From a bacterium (GTDB lineage: Bacteria > Bacillota_I > Bacilli_A > Izemoplasmatales > UBA1188): 64,000 nucleotides of DNA. Shown in pieces: positions 60,790 through 64,000 of the stretch. A program made the position numbers and the translations under genes. The stretch spans positions 8,679 through 72,678 of the forward strand of contig JAFXYB010000022.1 of assembly GCA_017541975.1 (NCBI GenBank), in the 5' to 3' direction. A model generated the notes under the pieces. That model worked only from the letters and a program-made list of their open reading frames with translations, had not been told where the DNA came from and ran no database searches. The stretch's first letter is position 1; the number at the start of each line of letters is the position of its first letter.

Positions 60790-60819
60790 AATAAAAGGTC
60801 TGACATCAGACCTTTTATT
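60790..60819 (+). terminator. Rho-independent terminator
   Basis: AATAAAAGGTCTGA-ca-TCAGACCTTTTATT. Confidence 0.8.
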
Positions 60820-60917
60820 ATGTGGAAATGCCTTATCTTGATTTATTTATATTTTTCTTGTAAAATATAAATAGAAACAAAGATTTATATCTTTTCATTT
60901 ACGTTCATGGAGGTTTT

Positions 60918-62408
60918 ATGGAACAAGAAATTAATAATGTGCAAAGTAGCGATTACATTGCACGTACGAGTGGTCTTGAAAAGAGAGACTATCTTGGTTA
61001 CGCAATGGGAGACTTTGCAGGATGTTTATGCTTTGCGACTGTCACTACATTACTACAAAAATACTATACAGATATTCTAGGTTTAAGCCCACTATTCATC
61101 ATGATCATGTTCATTGTTGCCCGTATTTGGGATGCAATCAATGATCCAATTATGGGACGTATAGTAGATTTAAGAAAATCAGACAGTAGAGGTCGTTATC
61201 GTGTTTGGATGAAGTTTATATCAATTCCACTTGCTATTGCGACAATACTAATGTTTATCCCATCTACAGGAATAGCTGAAGCACTTGGACCTGTTGGAAT
61301 TTGTATTTATGCAACTATCACTTACATAGTATTTGGTATGGTTTATACAATGCACCAAATACCATATGGTTCTTTAGCATCTGTCGTCACAACTGATGAT
61401 AAAGAAAGAAATAAACTTTCAGTATTTAGATCTGTGGGAGCTGCCTTAGGTTCAATTCCTGTACTCGTTGTTACATTCTTTTGGGCTAAGAAGGTTACAC
61501 TTGATGATGGTACAGTAGTATCACAAGTACAATATATGCCAATAATAATTGGTGTAGTATTATCATCTATTGTTGCTTGTCTTTTATTATTCCTCGCTTA
61601 TAAATGGAATAAAGAACGTGTTGTAACAGTTAATAAAGAAAAAAGCGAAAAGAAGAAAGGCGAAACAATTGAAATTGTTAAAGCGTTACTTAAAAATAGA
61701 TCATTCTTAGGCGCTTGCCTTGTTGGTATGTTACTACTTGCTGGACAAATGTTCACACAATCATTCTATACATATTTATTCAATGACTTATTTGGTAAGA
61801 ATGAAATGAATATGTTATCGATGGTTTGTACATATGCTCCTATGGCAATTCTAATGTTATTTGCTGGTAAACTTGTAAGAAAATTCGGTAAGAAAGAAAT
61901 ATGTGCTGTTGGTGCCGCTCTTGCAGCTATCGCAAATATAGGTGCCTTACTCCTTAAAGGCGTAATTATCAATATGCCATATTTATTCTTAGTATTCTGT
62001 ATTATTTCTGGATTTGGTCTATCAATTATCACCCTTGAAATATGGGCACTAGCAACTGATGCAATTGATGATGTTGAAGTTAAGACAGGAAGAAGAAATG
62101 ATGGAACAAGTTATTCAATATTCATGTTCTTTAGAAAACTTGGTCAAGTATTAGCTGCCGTTGCCGTTAACTCTGCTCTTCTTGCGATGAACTATTTCGT
62201 TCAAACAAATGTAGTATTTAGTGAAGCACAATTAAATACAATGTATTTAATGGCAACTCTAATTCCTGCAATTCTCTTTGGCCTTATGTCAGTTGTATTA
62301 TTCATTATCTATGGATTAAATCATAAGAAGACTGCAGAACTTCAAGTTGAAAAAGAAAAGATGCTTGCTCGTCAAGTTGAAAACAACGAAATTGTATTAG
62401 GCGAATAA
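60918..62408 (+). CDS. Glycoside-pentoside-hexuronide (GPH) cation symporter, MFS_2
   Basis: GYAMGDFA, YYTDILGL, ARIWDAINDPIMGRIVD..GRYRVW, IPYGSL, ERNKLSVFR, TGRRNDG, FFRKLGQ. Confidence 0.94.
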   Translation: MEQEINNVQSSDYIARTSGLEKRDYLGYAMGDFAGCLCFATVTTLLQKYYTDILGLSPLFIMIMFIVARIWDAINDPIMGRIVDLRKSDSRGRYRVWMKFISIPLAIATILMFIPSTGIAEALGPVGICIYATITYIVFGMVYTMHQIPYGSLASVVTTDDKERNKLSVFRSVGAALGSIPVLVVTFFWAKKVTLDDGTVVSQVQYMPIIIGVVLSSIVACLLLFLAYKWNKERVVTVNKEKSEKKKGETIEIVKALLKNRSFLGACLVGMLLLAGQMFTQSFYTYLFNDLFGKNEMNMLSMVCTYAPMAILMLFAGKLVRKFGKKEICAVGAALAAIANIGALLLKGVIINMPYLFLVFCIISGFGLSIITLEIWALATDAIDDVEVKTGRRNDGTSYSIFMFFRKLGQVLAAVAVNSALLAMNYFVQTNVVFSEAQLNTMYLMATLIPAILFGLMSVVLFIIYGLNHKKTAELQVEKEKMLARQVENNEIVLGE

Positions 62409-62415
62409 AGAACAA

Positions 62416-62459
62416 TATAATAATAAGACATGCTCGTTTGAGCATGTCTTATTATTATA
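62416..62459. terminator. Bidirectional terminator between convergent genes
   Basis: 20-bp perfect stem TATAATAATAAGACATGCTC-gttt-GAGCATGTCTTATTATTATA. Confidence 0.88.
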
Positions 62460-62460
62460 C

Positions 62461-64000
62461 TTATTTAATTACAAGACGTCTATTTTTATTGTCATGTAAG
62501 ACTACAGTTTCATTTTCCCTTATTCCACTAACTATTATTTCATCATCAAGACAATCAACTTTAATTGTTCGATAATTATTAGTAGTTCCTTCATCATCAT
62601 AATATTTATATATAAATGAATTATTATTGAAGGTATAGATATTAAATTCAGTATTTCTCTTATCGAGTGGAATAATAGATGAAGCTTTTATAAAGAATAC
62701 AGGAAGTCCTTTAAGTGGCGCTTTAAGAGTTATATTACCACTTATTATTTCATCATTATAGAACCAATTATCTTGAGGAGGTAAATCAACAGTTATTTTA
62801 TTTATTCCTTCATCAAAGACAGGACATACGAGGATTGAACTTCCACACATAAAATAATCGCTTTCAGTGTTATATGAAGGATATTTTAAGAATAAAGGTG
62901 AAACAAGAGGTTCATATTCTTCAATGGATCTATTAGCTTCACTATAGAGATATGGAACTAATTCTTTTCTAAAATTAAATAATTTCTTAACTGAAGGCAT
63001 TAAATCTTGATATAACCAAGGCATGGTTGGCTCTACACCCTCTTTCCATGAATGGAGAGTAAATCTTGGCGTAAAAAGCCCATATTGAATCCATCTTAAG
63101 AAAAGTTCTTTAGATGGACTTGGTCCATAGAATCCACCGATATCTTGACCAGTTAGAATAAATCCTGATAAAGATAAAGTCATAAGCATCTTATGGTTTT
63201 CTCTAAAGTCAGAAAATGATGTGTAATTATCGCCAGTCCAGGTTTGACTAGTCCTAGTAATACCTGTGCATCCACTTCTTGATACAGACATTATTCTTTT
63301 ATTATTATCTACTGCATCAAATGAAGCTCTAGACATTAAAAGTGGGAATAATGGCCTAATGAGTCTCGCTTTTATTTCGTGGCCAAAGCCATTTGCGTAG
63401 ACATTTTCATCTCTTATATCGTATTCGTTATTATCATTCCAAATCGATTCGTAGCCTTTTTCTACAAGGTTATTTTTGACACATTCACTCCAAAATTTAT
63501 ATGCATCAATATTGGTGAAATCAAGATATGAGGCAACGCCTCCCCAAAATGGGAATAATGCTGGTGAACCATCTTTATAATGAAGGAAAAATCCTCTCTT
63601 AGCTATTCTTTCATAGAGTGGATGTGAAGTTAAAAATGCTGGTTTAACATTTGGTAGGAAATGAATTCCATTCTTTAAAAATTTATTTGATAATTTAGTA
63701 GGACTTTTAATTTTGTCTTTGTTCCAGTGAAATACATATCTCTTGCCATCCATTTCAGTATAACCACTTGATAGATAAAATCCACCACAATCAATTTTAT
63801 ATTTCTTTAATAGTTTTAAGAACTCATTTAGTTTATTTTCTGTATCGTTTGCATCTGTATAAGACATGGTTGATGCAGTATATTTAAATGACCATTTTGG
63901 TGGTAAATTTGTCTTACCAGTCATATACATGAATCTACTTAATATTGATTTAACATCGCCAAATATTACATAGTATACAAGTGAATCTTCTTCAAAATGA
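62461..64000 (-). CDS. Glycoside hydrolase family 31 (alpha-glucosidase-like), 5'-partial
   Basis: Frame open to window end (HFEEDSLVYYVIFGD..MTGK); LPPKWS, YLDFTN, catalytic WNDNNE and WTGDN, GQDIGGF, ELFLRWIQYG. Confidence 0.93.
   Translation of the reverse strand, partial: HFEEDSLVYYVIFGDVKSILSRFMYMTGKTNLPPKWSFKYTASTMSYTDANDTENKLNEFLKLLKKYKIDCGGFYLSSGYTEMDGKRYVFHWNKDKIKSPTKLSNKFLKNGIHFLPNVKPAFLTSHPLYERIAKRGFFLHYKDGSPALFPFWGGVASYLDFTNIDAYKFWSECVKNNLVEKGYESIWNDNNEYDIRDENVYANGFGHEIKARLIRPLFPLLMSRASFDAVDNNKRIMSVSRSGCTGITRTSQTWTGDNYTSFSDFRENHKMLMTLSLSGFILTGQDIGGFYGPSPSKELFLRWIQYGLFTPRFTLHSWKEGVEPTMPWLYQDLMPSVKKLFNFRKELVPYLYSEANRSIEEYEPLVSPLFLKYPSYNTESDYFMCGSSILVCPVFDEGINKITVDLPPQDNWFYNDEIISGNITLKAPLKGLPVFFIKASSIIPLDKRNTEFNIYTFNNNSFIYKYYDDEGTTNNYRTIKVDCLDDEIIVSGIRENETVVLHDNKNRRLVIK

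Overview
AT-rich window from a low-GC Bacillota genome using genetic code 11 (TGA is a stop at 11876, 39441 and 53020; Trp is TGG). Many lipoproteins and no visible LPxTG or SLH anchors suggest an Acholeplasmatales/Anaeroplasma-like Bacilli lineage (inference only). All genes are on + except the last. Bases 1-40.8 kb form one large co-oriented surface locus. It encodes a >2900-aa BspA-type leucine-rich-repeat (LRR) protein that starts before the window, a MoxR AAA+/DUF58/BatA-vWA/double-vWA module, and an LRR lipoprotein. These are followed by a Tyr-rich beta-repeat lipoprotein split by one in-frame TAA, a 2446-aa membrane-anchored S8 protease fused to BspA LRRs, another lipoprotein, and an oppABCDF importer with an enlarged OppA. 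The best candidate for an undescribed system is this apparent protein-capture, proteolysis and peptide-import locus with a dedicated MoxR-vWA module. Downstream are a c-di-GMP pair (membrane GGDEF; PTS-EIIC-EAL fusion frameshifted in a T8 run), GNAT, two large surface proteins, MscS, aldose epimerase, DUF5662, radical SAM, an ECF sigma with a vWA-bearing anti-sigma candidate, a GPH symporter and a convergent GH31 running off the end. No rRNA, tRNA, CRISPR or mobile element was seen. All family assignments are from motif recognition by eye, not database searches.
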